Of a stretch of 64,000 nucleotides of DNA, positions 46,331 to 55,345 are shown piece by piece. The stretch lies in contig DATKYR010000119.1 of NCBI GenBank assembly GCA_035528395.1, forward strand, positions 1,702-65,701. The letters run 5' to 3'. Numbering within the stretch: the stretch's first letter is position 1; every line of letters begins with the position of its first letter. Both the position numbers and the translations under genes were made by a program. This DNA comes from Sedimentisphaerales bacterium (GTDB lineage: Bacteria > Planctomycetota > Phycisphaerae > Sedimentisphaerales > Anaerobacaceae). Under the pieces are notes generated by a model. It did not search any database, had not been told where the DNA came from, and saw only the letters and a list, made by a program, of their open reading frames with translations.

Positions 46331-46422
46331 AATATACCTATCTGTTTAATCTTGTCGGGGGTTTTCTTAACTTTCTAAAATCACAATTGTGTTCATTTCT
46401 ATCTTGACAAATTCCTTCCGGA

Positions 46423-46680
46423 TTAGTTCGCATGAAGTTGGGCATCTGTATTTTCGCCTTCGCCTAAGAGTTCGTCTGCCTTGCCAATTAGCGACTGTGT
46501 CAGTTTGAAACTCAGCACGGCTGCATCAAACCAATCGAAATCTGTCTGCTTATCTTTTGCCTGCTCAATCAGAGCATCCAAAAGCTCGTCTTCGGCGCCG
46601 TCCTCGTAACGAAATATAAACTTCTCTACCCCTTTGTTCAAAACCAGTTGTCGCTTCATTATTTTCATCATTAAAGGCAT
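46423..46680 (-). CDS. small acidic hypothetical protein (85 aa)
   Basis: An ORF with no overlapping alternative. No motif recognised. Confidence 0.45.
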   Translation of the reverse strand: MPLMMKIMKRQLVLNKGVEKFIFRYEDGAEDELLDALIEQAKDKQTDFDWFDAAVLSFKLTQSLIGKADELLGEGENTDAQLHAN

Positions 46681-46957
46681 CTCTAACTTTAGGCAAAATC
46701 GGTTGACAAATATAGTCCGTTAAGTATTGCTATAAACACCTATGTTTGTTATCGGCCTAAAAACAACTTACTAAAGCCCAAACTTTAATTTTCTTAAACA
46801 AATGTGATAAAATCGACACTGTGAAAAACACTACAACGCTTTTATCGGCCAATAAGACTTTGAGCTTTACTAAAATGAATGCGAATGTTGCCGGATTGAG
46901 GTTATATTTGGATATATTTCGTATTGTCTGACCGCTGGAGGATAGAGGGCTTGGCTC

Positions 46958-47890
46958 TTAATTGACCTTGAAGAAGATTCTTCCGTCTTTTTTTTCGGAG
47001 TGAATAATCCCCTTGTGTTGAAGACCGGTGACATATTTCAACGCTTCGTTACGGCCGATGCCCAGGCCTGAGCATATGTCATCCAGCGAGCAAGGCCTGC
47101 GTTTCAGTATTGATAATACATCTTCGGCTTTATTTTCGAGGCCCCTGCCGTGGTGGCTCAGTGAAAAATCAGCTACGACCTCACACTTCGGGCCCAGGCG
47201 TGCAGCTATAGCCTGCAGTTTTTCGGCATCCAGTCTCTTGATGTCGGCCTGGGCCGTGGGTCGAACGGCTGTATTAAGCTGAACTTTGTCGGGACGAATG
47301 AGTTCGATAGCATCCCTGATTTTAGAAATTTGCTCGACATCGGTATTTAGACCCTCGACAAAAAACACTTCAAGCCATATCCGGCCGGCAAATTTTTCTC
47401 TGAATGCGCATAATCCCGAAATCAGGTTTTCGATACTAATATCGTTGTGTGGCTGATTTATTCTCCGGAAAGTCTGTTCATCACCGGCGTCCAAGGAGGG
47501 CATTACTACATCAGCCTTTGCGCAATCTGCCCGCACATCTTCTTTGTACAGCAGTGTGCCGTTGGTTAATATAGCCACGGGAATCTCGGTAATTTTTTTT
47601 ATGCCGTCGATAAGTTCGCCAAGCCGTAAATTCAACGTTGGCTCACCGGAACCCGCGATAGTGATAAAATCAGCTTCCAGGCCTTCAGCCAGAGTCTCTC
47701 TCAGCTCAGCCAGGATAGGCTCGATGGGTCCATAGTCCTTTCGCTCTATAGTCCTGTCGGTGGTTTTGCCAAGCTGGCAATAGACACAGTCCAGCGTACA
47801 GACCTTGAACGGCACGATATCAACGCCGTAACTTCGTCCCAGCCTTCGCGAAGGCACCGGCCCATAGAAATATTTTTTCTCACCAGCCAT
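46958..47890 (-). CDS. radical SAM protein (COG0731-like) with C-terminal winged-helix-like extension
   Basis: YGPVPSRRLGRSYGVDI...CTLDCVYCQ (CX3CX2C cluster). Starts 3 nt after the kdsA stop. Confidence 0.75.
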   Translation of the reverse strand: MAGEKKYFYGPVPSRRLGRSYGVDIVPFKVCTLDCVYCQLGKTTDRTIERKDYGPIEPILAELRETLAEGLEADFITIAGSGEPTLNLRLGELIDGIKKITEIPVAILTNGTLLYKEDVRADCAKADVVMPSLDAGDEQTFRRINQPHNDISIENLISGLCAFREKFAGRIWLEVFFVEGLNTDVEQISKIRDAIELIRPDKVQLNTAVRPTAQADIKRLDAEKLQAIAARLGPKCEVVADFSLSHHGRGLENKAEDVLSILKRRPCSLDDICSGLGIGRNEALKYVTGLQHKGIIHSEKKDGRIFFKVN

Positions 47891-47893
47891 TTT

Positions 47894-48709
47894 TTATCGG
47901 TGTACGACCTCGAATATTTCTTTACAGATTTTCAGTAAATCTTCGAGCCAGTCCATCGGCATAATGCAGGCGGCGTCTGATTTTGACTTTTCCGGCTCGG
48001 CATGGACTTCGATAAAAAGGCCATTGGCGCCGGCTGCAACTGCCGCTTTGGCAAGTATTGGGGCCATTTCACGTCGGCCTGCGCTGGCGTTGCCGAGTCC
48101 GCCGGGCTGCTGCGTACTGTGGGTGGCATCGAAAACAACCGGATAACCCAGCTTCTTCATCTGCTCAATAGCTGTCATATCGTTGACCAATCGATTGTAG
48201 CCGAAAAATGTGCCCCGTTCTGTAAGTGTTATTTTTTCGTTGTCACAGGCACGAATCTTCTCGACCACATTTTTCATCTCAGCGGGAGAAAGGAACTGGC
48301 CTTTCTTTACATTTACCGGTTTGCCTGTTCGTGCACAGGCACAAAGCAAATCAGTCTGTCGGCACAGAAAAGCAGGCACCTGGAGACAATCCACAATCTC
48401 GCCGGCCACAGCGGCCTGTGCCGGCTCGTGGATATCGGTCATAACAGGCAGGTTGGTCTGGCGACGGACCGCTTCGAGAATCTCCAAACCTTTCTCAATG
48501 CCCGGCCCACGGAAGCTGTTCAAGCTGGAGCGATTGGCCTTGTCGAAACTGGCCTTGAAAATTATTCCAACTTTGGTCTTCGCACCAATATCGAAAAGTC
48601 TATTCGCAATATCCAGACAGCAGCTTTCGCTCTCAATAACACAAGGACCTGCCATTACGAATAAGGGCGCATCCAAACCAATCTCGACTTCACCAATTTT
48701 GAAATTCAT
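47894..48709 (-). CDS. kdsA: 3-deoxy-8-phosphooctulonate (KDO-8-P) synthase
   Basis: Motifs KASFDKANRSS, MTDIHE, VKKGQF, DATHSTQ are characteristic of KdsA. Confidence 0.9.
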   Translation of the reverse strand: MNFKIGEVEIGLDAPLFVMAGPCVIESESCCLDIANRLFDIGAKTKVGIIFKASFDKANRSSLNSFRGPGIEKGLEILEAVRRQTNLPVMTDIHEPAQAAVAGEIVDCLQVPAFLCRQTDLLCACARTGKPVNVKKGQFLSPAEMKNVVEKIRACDNEKITLTERGTFFGYNRLVNDMTAIEQMKKLGYPVVFDATHSTQQPGGLGNASAGRREMAPILAKAAVAAGANGLFIEVHAEPEKSKSDAACIMPMDWLEDLLKICKEIFEVVHR

Positions 48710-48731
48710 TTTACTTATACATTGCGATATA

Positions 48732-48878
48732 GTGCCTAAAGTGACAGCTTTGCTGTCATTCTGAACGCAGCGCAGCGAAGTGAAGAATCTCTTTTTCGTT
48801 GGCCAGATCCTTCGGCTTCGCCTCAGAGCTTGCCCTGAGCTTGCCGAAGGGATGACACTTACGTGTCACTTTAGGCAC
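48732..48878 (+). mobile_element. MITE-like palindromic element, family C copy 2 (147 bp) with perfect 15-bp terminal inverted repeats
   Basis: GTGCCTAAAGTGACA at 48732-48746 and TGTCACTTTAGGCAC at 48864-48878. Subterminal hairpins are TGACAGC-ttt-GCTGTCA and GACAC-ttac-GTGTC. It lies 6 nt after the lipid-kinase stop and 22 nt before the kdsA start. Confidence 0.8.
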
Positions 48879-48884
48879 TTTATA

Positions 48885-49829
48885 TCATCCTATTGCTCTG
48901 ATAATTCTTGTTCTTATACCTGCCGGTTTGGCGCCTTCGGGCACTATACAATTGACAGCCTGTGGTATCACCTTGATTTGTACGGGCAAAGTCGGCCCAG
49001 GGTCGCCGTCAATTTCAGTCATTATTGAACCGGTGTCGGAGCTTACAAGAATGTTTTTGCCCTGCCGATAAATAACATCGCCGGTATCGGCATGGTGCTT
49101 GAGGACAGTCATCACTGAATGCTTGACCAGGTGAAGCTGAGAGGCACATTTATAAACGCACACGTCCAGCAAACCGTCGCTGAAATCGGCATAGTGCAAT
49201 ACCTGAAGGCCTACAGCATATCTTGAAATGTTTCCGACAAAAACCAAACCGGGGCCGTCGAAAATCTCTTCTCCGTCAACCTCTACTTTCATAGGGTCAA
49301 ATTTATAGTTCCAGAACGTTCGCCATATCGGCCAGAAATAATCGAAGTGGTCTATATGTCCCTTTCGCTGCTCGCTGACCCGTTTGACCACTTCGCCGTC
49401 GAATCCAAACCCGGCTATAGAAGTAAAACATTTCCCATTTGCACTTCCTAAGTCCAGAGGCCGAATGTATTCTGCTTCAAATGTCCTTATTATTGTTTTT
49501 AGTTTTTCATCAAAACCTAATTCATTTGCCAGCAGATTTTCCGTTCCGTGGGGTACTATCAGCAAAGGCTTGTCACTGCCTTCCAGGCCGTGCGCGACCT
49601 CTCTGACGGTACCGTCACCGCCGACAACGACGACCATTGCACAGTCGTAATCAATCGCTGCATCGGTGGCCAGTTCACAGGCATTTTCCAAAGAAGTGGT
49701 CAGACTAACCCTGACCTCGAATCCCCTTTTGACGAGGTATTGCTCAAATCGGCGTCCGGTCAATTTACTGCCGGTGGCGCCGGACTTGGGATTTACGATA
49801 GAAGCAATGTAACCATCATCCGGTTTCAT
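48885..49829 (-). CDS. diacylglycerol-kinase-family lipid kinase (YegS/BmrU-like)
   Basis: Has the VVVVGGDGTVREV nucleotide-binding motif. Overlaps the upstream CYTH gene by 4 nt. Confidence 0.8.
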   Translation of the reverse strand: MKPDDGYIASIVNPKSGATGSKLTGRRFEQYLVKRGFEVRVSLTTSLENACELATDAAIDYDCAMVVVVGGDGTVREVAHGLEGSDKPLLIVPHGTENLLANELGFDEKLKTIIRTFEAEYIRPLDLGSANGKCFTSIAGFGFDGEVVKRVSEQRKGHIDHFDYFWPIWRTFWNYKFDPMKVEVDGEEIFDGPGLVFVGNISRYAVGLQVLHYADFSDGLLDVCVYKCASQLHLVKHSVMTVLKHHADTGDVIYRQGKNILVSSDTGSIMTEIDGDPGPTLPVQIKVIPQAVNCIVPEGAKPAGIRTRIIRAIG

Positions 49830-50413
49830 AATTGCGGCTCTGAGCTTTCATAATAAACTGCCTTGTCCTCTTTGTTCTGCTGTTGGAGTTGCTCCTTCAT
49901 CAAGGCCGCATAGCTTTTCGCAATGTGCGGCAAATCAGTCAGTCCCAAACTCTTTTGCACAGTGGTTATTTTTTCTTCGTCATGTCCTTCTATTTCCACA
50001 AAATCACCTAACAGTGGCAAGCGGTCCAAAGCAACTTCGCAATCACCAAGCTGCCAAACGCAACGTTTTTTTTCGATAGCCAAAACCTGCTCGTACCCTA
50101 ATGCCGAAAGCAGCTTGCGGACTGAATCGGCGTCCTTGATTTCGAATTCTATCTCCTGCCTTCTTTTGAAGTTGCTTTTTTCTTTGGTGCCTTTATAAGT
50201 CAAAAAAAAGCTCTCGCCTTTTCCAACCATTTGCTTGCGTAATCGAAGACATCTGTCGCTTTTGGTCAGTATTGAATTTACATCATCAAAAAAGCAATCA
50301 ATCTGTAGCTGCTCTGCTTGGAACTCAGCACCGAGGCCGGTCAGCTTATGCTCTATTTCCTCTAACGAATCAACCTTTAGCTTCGCTTCGATCTCAGTAG
50401 GCATCAGTTCCAT
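49826..50413 (-). CDS. CYTH-domain protein (triphosphate tunnel metalloenzyme; class IV adenylate cyclase/triphosphatase-like)
   Basis: N-terminal ExExK signature (TEIEAKLKV) and alternating charged beta-strands (RLRKQ, LTYKG, RQEIEFEI). Confidence 0.75.
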   Translation of the reverse strand: MELMPTEIEAKLKVDSLEEIEHKLTGLGAEFQAEQLQIDCFFDDVNSILTKSDRCLRLRKQMVGKGESFFLTYKGTKEKSNFKRRQEIEFEIKDADSVRKLLSALGYEQVLAIEKKRCVWQLGDCEVALDRLPLLGDFVEIEGHDEEKITTVQKSLGLTDLPHIAKSYAALMKEQLQQQNKEDKAVYYESSEPQL

Positions 50414-50416
50414 CCA

Positions 50417-51913
50417 TTATTTATCTTGATGATGTTTCTGCACAGCTTCAATAAAACCTGTAGGATTAACAATCGGGCCTGCATCCGTCTGCACAGCAGT
50501 TTCGACCCACAACTTAACAATTGTTTTAGGTTCGATTTTCGGGTCAACCTGATAAGCCAAACCAGCAAGACCCGCCAAGTATGGAGCCCCCCAGCTCATT
50601 CCACCGGTTCGATCAAATGTGTACACATCCGGCCCATGGTAGCTTGCAATTGTCCTGTTACCCGCAGGTACAAGAAGAATATCAACTGCAGAACTGTATC
50701 TTCCCCGTCTGTAGCTCAATGGATTATCAGGGTCTTTACCTGGAATGCGGACAAGTGTGCCATATATGAGGAAGTCAGAGTGGTCACAGGTTACGACTAA
50801 TAAACCATTCTGCTCGGCCTTGGAAAGAGTCTGCTGCCAGTGGTTGAAGTTAGCCTGCTGAGAAAACTTGCCTGTCGAGATGCTCACCACTCGAATCTGT
50901 TCAGACACATCTCGATTCTTGTTGAGCTCGATGATTTTGTTGATGACGTCACAGTATGGCTGGTTATCCCCCTTCCACAGCGATACGGCGAAATAATGAA
51001 GCGAGGCTTTTGGCGCAACGCCGCACGTCTTTCCGACGGCAATACTGGCCACGGCCGGCCCATGCATCTGGGGAGACGCCAACTTGGCTAAATCCACTTC
51101 TTCATATTTCACCAATTGCTCTGCGTATTCCCGGTGGTTCTGCAATAAATTCCCGTCAATGATAGCGATCCTCACACCCCGGCCATTTACTCCCTGCTCA
51201 TGTAGGCGCCGAACACCGAGTCCCGGATTCTTCCCTTCTTCAAGCAAACGAATTGGATCGAAGCCGTCAGGCAACCTGCCAGAGCCGGGCCAATTCGTTC
51301 GGCTGTCAAAAGGCATCTTCTCAAGCAGTTCTGCATGGGCTTTCAGATCGAGGTTGACCAATGATACGCCTGCATATCCCCAGAAAGTATTAAACTTTGT
51401 AAGGTCATTCTCATTCCTCAATACAATTGTCCGATTCGACCCAACATTAACCGGCATACTATTAAAGAAATCCGTGAGAATGTCAGTCCGGATACTCTTG
51501 CCGCCTATGCCGCCTATTTTCATATACTCAAGGGTGAATGGCGCCGAATAGCCCTCCACTTTAGCAAATGCGGCTCTAACACCAGGCCAGTCGAGTATGC
51601 GCCTCTGCATAGCACCACCGTCATTTATGGTGGTTTCTGTTAAAGGAGTCCCAAGCATACTCTCAATCTCTTCCGGTACAGTTAGTCTGTAAGCGAGTTT
51701 CCCTTCTGAGGCAGCGGAACGAACGAGTTCTACCTTCCTGGTATCCACAGGGCTGGATGGCATGCAATATCCTAATGCAATAAGAGCACACAATGTTATA
51801 AATCCGAATATGGCAAGAAGCCAAAATGCGGCTCGTCCTAATATCTTGATAATCTTAAATGATATTCGTAGAAATTTGGAAAGGGTTCCCATCTTAAATA
51901 TATCCTTCCACAT
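50417..51913 (-). CDS. membrane-anchored subtilisin-like serine peptidase (S8 family)
   Basis: N-terminal TM (AAFWLLAIFGFITLCALIALGY). Catalytic-triad contexts: IAIIDGNL (Asp), HGPAVASIAVG (His), GGMSWGAPYLAG (Ser). Confidence 0.7.
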   Translation of the reverse strand: MWKDIFKMGTLSKFLRISFKIIKILGRAAFWLLAIFGFITLCALIALGYCMPSSPVDTRKVELVRSAASEGKLAYRLTVPEEIESMLGTPLTETTINDGGAMQRRILDWPGVRAAFAKVEGYSAPFTLEYMKIGGIGGKSIRTDILTDFFNSMPVNVGSNRTIVLRNENDLTKFNTFWGYAGVSLVNLDLKAHAELLEKMPFDSRTNWPGSGRLPDGFDPIRLLEEGKNPGLGVRRLHEQGVNGRGVRIAIIDGNLLQNHREYAEQLVKYEEVDLAKLASPQMHGPAVASIAVGKTCGVAPKASLHYFAVSLWKGDNQPYCDVINKIIELNKNRDVSEQIRVVSISTGKFSQQANFNHWQQTLSKAEQNGLLVVTCDHSDFLIYGTLVRIPGKDPDNPLSYRRGRYSSAVDILLVPAGNRTIASYHGPDVYTFDRTGGMSWGAPYLAGLAGLAYQVDPKIEPKTIVKLWVETAVQTDAGPIVNPTGFIEAVQKHHQDK

Positions 51914-51936
51914 CTAACGAAACTACTATTTCTCAT

Positions 51937-54501
51937 TTAAATGACAATATTTACTAATCGGGATTTAATAACGATAACTTTTTTCGGTTCTTTGCCGGCC
52001 AGGGCAGCGATTACCTTTTCACAGGTCAGCGCCTTTTGTTTTATTTGCTCTTCGTCTGTATCGGTAGAGACAACAATTCTGTCCTTTATTTTGCCGTTAA
52101 CCTGCACCGCCAATTCAATTTCCTTTTCTTTGATAAGCTCCTTGTCATATTCGGGCCAGGGCTCGTAGGCCACGCTCTCGGTATGGCCCAGCTTCTCCCA
52201 GAGTTCTTCAGCGATATGAGGTGCTAACGGAGCGAGAATCAAAACGAATTTCTCAATGACTGCTTTCGGTCTGACCGTTTGTTTGTTGAGGTGATTTATA
52301 AAAATCATCATCGCACTTATTGCCGTGTTAAAACCGAAAGTTTCTATATCATAACCGACTTTTTTAATAGTCTGGTTCAACAGCCGCAACGTCTCTTCAT
52401 CTGCTTCGGCTTCCTTTACCTGTTCGGCAAGCTCACCCGTATCTTCATCGATTATCATTCGCCAGGCCCGCTGCAAAAAACGATGCACGCCCTCAACACC
52501 CTGCATACTCCAGGGCTTGATTGCCTCAAGGGGCCCCATAAACATTTCGTAAAGCCGCATCGAATCGGCACCGTAGTCGGTAATGACCTTATCCGGATTG
52601 ACTACATTGCCGCGGGACTTGCTCATCTTCTGGCCGTCTTCGCCTAAAATCATTCCCTGATTGACAAGCTTCTTGAACGGCTCTTTAGAGCTGACATAAC
52701 CCAGGTCGTAAAGAAGTTTGTGCCAGAATCGCGCATACAACAGGTGCAGGACCGCATGCTCGGCACCCCCGATATACAAGTCAACCCCCTCATCACCCAT
52801 CCAGTATTTTTCTTTTTCCGGGTCCCATCCGCACTGATTATTATGAGAATCGAGATACCTGAGATAATACCAGCAACTGCCGGCCCATTGTGGCATTGTG
52901 TTTGTTTCACGTTTTACTTTTGAGCCATCGGGCAGCGTTACGTTTATCCACTCGTCAATATTAGCCAGCGGTGACTCACCTGTCCCCAAAGGTTTGTAGT
53001 TTTCCACCACCGGAAGCTCCAGGGGCAAATCTTCTTCTGAAAGTCCAATGACGCGGCCATCTTCGGTATGCAAAATCGGAAACGGCTCACCCCAGTAACG
53101 CTGCCTGCTGAAAAGCCAGTCACGCAGCTTATAATTTATAGCTTTTTTCCCCTTACCTTTTTGTGCGAGCCAATCTATAATTTGCTCCTTGAATTCCGGC
53201 GTGCTTAATCCATTGAACTGCCCACTGTTAATCGCCCTGCCGTCGCCGATAAAGCACAATTTTCCCTCCTTGACTAACTCGGCTTGTTCGCTGTCCTGTG
53301 GCTCTACGACCGGAACAATCGGTAGCTCGAACTTTTTAGCGAATTCAAAATCCCTTTCATCGTGGGCGGGTACCGCCATAATCGCACCTGTCCCGTAGCT
53401 AATCAAAACATAATCGCTTATCCAGATGGGAATCCTTTCGCCGTTGACTGGATTTATCGCATAAGCCCCGGTAAAAATACCTGTTTTCTCTTTGGCTAAA
53501 TCCGTCCGATCCAAATCGCTTTTCCGGGCCGCCCGCTCGCGATATTCTTTCACCGCCTCTTTCCGGTCCTCGGTTGTAATCATATCCACAACCTCAAGCT
53601 CAGGTGCAAATACCATATAAGTAGCGCCAAAAAGAGTGTCCGGCCGTGTCGTAAATACCCAGAGTTCCCAGTCGCAATTTTCTATTTCAAATTTAACGTC
53701 TGCTCCAACGCTCTTGCCAATCCAGTCTGTTTGCAATTTCTTTATCGATTCAGGCCAATCCACCAGGGATAAATCTTCGAGCAGTCTTTCGGCATACTTG
53801 GTGATTCTTAACATCCACTGGCGCATCGGCTTTCTGATTACCGGATGTCCCCCGCGTTCGCTCAGACCCCCTATAACTTCCTCATTGGCCAAAACCGTTC
53901 CAAGCTCAGGGCACCAGTTAACTGGGACCTTAGCTTCATGCGCAAGGCGATTGTCGTCAATGTATTTCTGTTTATCTTCCTCACTCAATCCCTCCGGAAT
54001 CTGCAATTGTTCGATTGGCTTGGCCTTTTGTTCGGTCTCATCAAAAAAACTGTTAAAGAATTTCAGGAAAATCCATTGTGTCCACTTATAATAATTCGGA
54101 TCGGTAGTGTTAACCTCCCTGTCCCAGTCATAGCTGAAACCGAGGGACTTGATTTGATTGCGGATGTTATCGACGTTCTTTTGTGTCGTTTCCTTGGGGG
54201 GTGTTCCGGTCTGAACGGCGTACTGCTCAGCCGGCAAGCCGAATGCATCCCAGCCCATAGGATGCAGAACATTGAAGCCTTCCATTCGTTTATACCGGGC
54301 AACTATATCGCTTGCGGTATAGCCCTCAGGATGACCGACGTGCAGACCCTGGCCGCTGGGGTAGGGAAACATATCAAGCACATAATATTTGTCCCTGGAG
54401 TTATCACAGTCGTGTGCTTTGAATGTTTTATGCTCTGCCCAGAAACGCTGCCACTTCTTTTCAATTTCGCCGAATTTATAAAGTCCCTTCTTCGAACACA
54501 T
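51937..54501 (-). CDS. leuS: leucine--tRNA ligase
   Basis: HIGH-type motif ([10 protein letters not shown]), KMSKS motif (QKMSKSRGN), editing-domain insertion, length 854 aa. Confidence 0.95.
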   Translation of the reverse strand: MCSKKGLYKFGEIEKKWQRFWAEHKTFKAHDCDNSRDKYYVLDMFPYPSGQGLHVGHPEGYTASDIVARYKRMEGFNVLHPMGWDAFGLPAEQYAVQTGTPPKETTQKNVDNIRNQIKSLGFSYDWDREVNTTDPNYYKWTQWIFLKFFNSFFDETEQKAKPIEQLQIPEGLSEEDKQKYIDDNRLAHEAKVPVNWCPELGTVLANEEVIGGLSERGGHPVIRKPMRQWMLRITKYAERLLEDLSLVDWPESIKKLQTDWIGKSVGADVKFEIENCDWELWVFTTRPDTLFGATYMVFAPELEVVDMITTEDRKEAVKEYRERAARKSDLDRTDLAKEKTGIFTGAYAINPVNGERIPIWISDYVLISYGTGAIMAVPAHDERDFEFAKKFELPIVPVVEPQDSEQAELVKEGKLCFIGDGRAINSGQFNGLSTPEFKEQIIDWLAQKGKGKKAINYKLRDWLFSRQRYWGEPFPILHTEDGRVIGLSEEDLPLELPVVENYKPLGTGESPLANIDEWINVTLPDGSKVKRETNTMPQWAGSCWYYLRYLDSHNNQCGWDPEKEKYWMGDEGVDLYIGGAEHAVLHLLYARFWHKLLYDLGYVSSKEPFKKLVNQGMILGEDGQKMSKSRGNVVNPDKVITDYGADSMRLYEMFMGPLEAIKPWSMQGVEGVHRFLQRAWRMIIDEDTGELAEQVKEAEADEETLRLLNQTIKKVGYDIETFGFNTAISAMMIFINHLNKQTVRPKAVIEKFVLILAPLAPHIAEELWEKLGHTESVAYEPWPEYDKELIKEKEIELAVQVNGKIKDRIVVSTDTDEEQIKQKALTCEKVIAALAGKEPKKVIVIKSRLVNIVI

Positions 54502-54617
54502 CTGTTTTTACTGCTCCTTATCAATGCAAAAAATGATTCTTTGTTACACAATAAAATAAATATCGGGGGAAATCCACTAAATTCTATAGTTCTCTACGGC
54601 ACGTAATTTGTGAAGTT

Positions 54618-54736
54618 GTCATTGCGAGCACCTGGCCCGATTCTCAGGAAGTATGCAAAAGAAAATAGACCAACAATGTCATTGCGAAGGAGCCCCGCAC
54701 CAATTGAGCTTAAGCTCAGGCCTAATTGGTGCGGGG
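54618..54736. repeat. GTCATTGCGA direct repeats (54618, 54678) plus a 13-bp hairpin CCCCGCACCAATT / AATTGGTGCGGGG
   Basis: Hairpin arms are at 54693-54705 and 54724-54736. The GTCATTGCGA motif is shared with family A. Confidence 0.65.
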
Positions 54737-54854
54737 CGACTGTGACAATCTCAATCCTCACAACATGAAAACCATTTATTTTCTTAGGAGGCCTTTGAAA
54801 AAAGCCGTGGCAATCTCACAGTATCAAAACAACAGAGTTTTTGGCTTAATATGA

Positions 54855-54888
54855 ACGTAGTACTTTTCGTTAAAGAAAAGTACTACGT
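54855..54888. other. perfect 14-bp hairpin ACGTAGTACTTTTC-gttaaa-GAAAAGTACTACGT
   Basis: Seen directly. No adjacent T-run on either strand, so it is not a typical terminator. Confidence 0.6.
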
Positions 54889-54952
54889 GCATCTTATACC
54901 AGTTGCAGTTAAAAATTGCCGATAAAATTGCATATTATTTTAACTGGACGGG

Positions 54953-55125
54953 CCTGGATTCCACCTTTCGGGGCTGTTGAAAAAGGCCAAAAGAAACGTT
55001 TTGAGATTGCCGCGCGATTCTTCGAATCGCTCGCAATGACATAAAACGCATTTTGCGTCATTGCGAGGAATGTAATGACAAAGCAATCTCGACTTTTTCA
55101 AAAGGTCCTTTCGCAGGAATGACAA
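54953..55125 (+). repeat. interspersed intergenic repeat, family A, copy 2
   Basis: Aligns along its whole length with 898..1071 with only scattered substitutions. Confidence 0.85.
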
Positions 55126-55345
55126 GTCAGGTAACTCGCTGCGACCAGCCGTGCCGAAGCCATTCGCCGCGTTGCGTCGCAACAGGCGTCTCGGCAGGTG
55201 CGTCGCATCGGGTCGACAATCTGTAAATAAAATTGGTATTAGGTTTCAATTAGATATAAAGGATAAATACCAATCGTATAAAAGTAAATATGCTCGATGT
55301 CGGCGGTTTAATGAGATGACTGCTTGTCCATGTGGAGCCGAGGAT

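Noticed and set aside
45275-46680. Integrase marking a prophage or genomic island
   Set aside because: The recombinase has housekeeping XerC/XerD-type motifs. It is flanked by core genes (radical SAM/kdsA on one side, a terminator and the secreted-protein gene on the other). No tRNA, att-like direct repeats or phage genes are visible.
48002-48764. 220-aa and 184-aa plus-strand ORFs antisense to kdsA
   Set aside because: kdsA on the minus strand has unmistakable family motifs. The antisense ORFs have low-complexity, Arg/Ser/Cys-rich translations typical of shadow frames.
53636-54606. 151-aa and 253-aa plus-strand ORFs opposite leuS
   Set aside because: leuS motifs (HIGH, KMSKS) fix the coding strand, so these are antisense shadows.
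54502-54640. T-box or other leader riboswitch upstream of leuS; likewise upstream of hom (61700..61952)
   Set aside because: I could not find specifier/T-box or other recognisable riboswitch cores. The hom upstream hairpin (GCTCGTGCTTCGTAGCGAAGCGC) resembles the CACGAAG repeat family rather than a riboswitch. A covariance-model scan would be needed to be sure.
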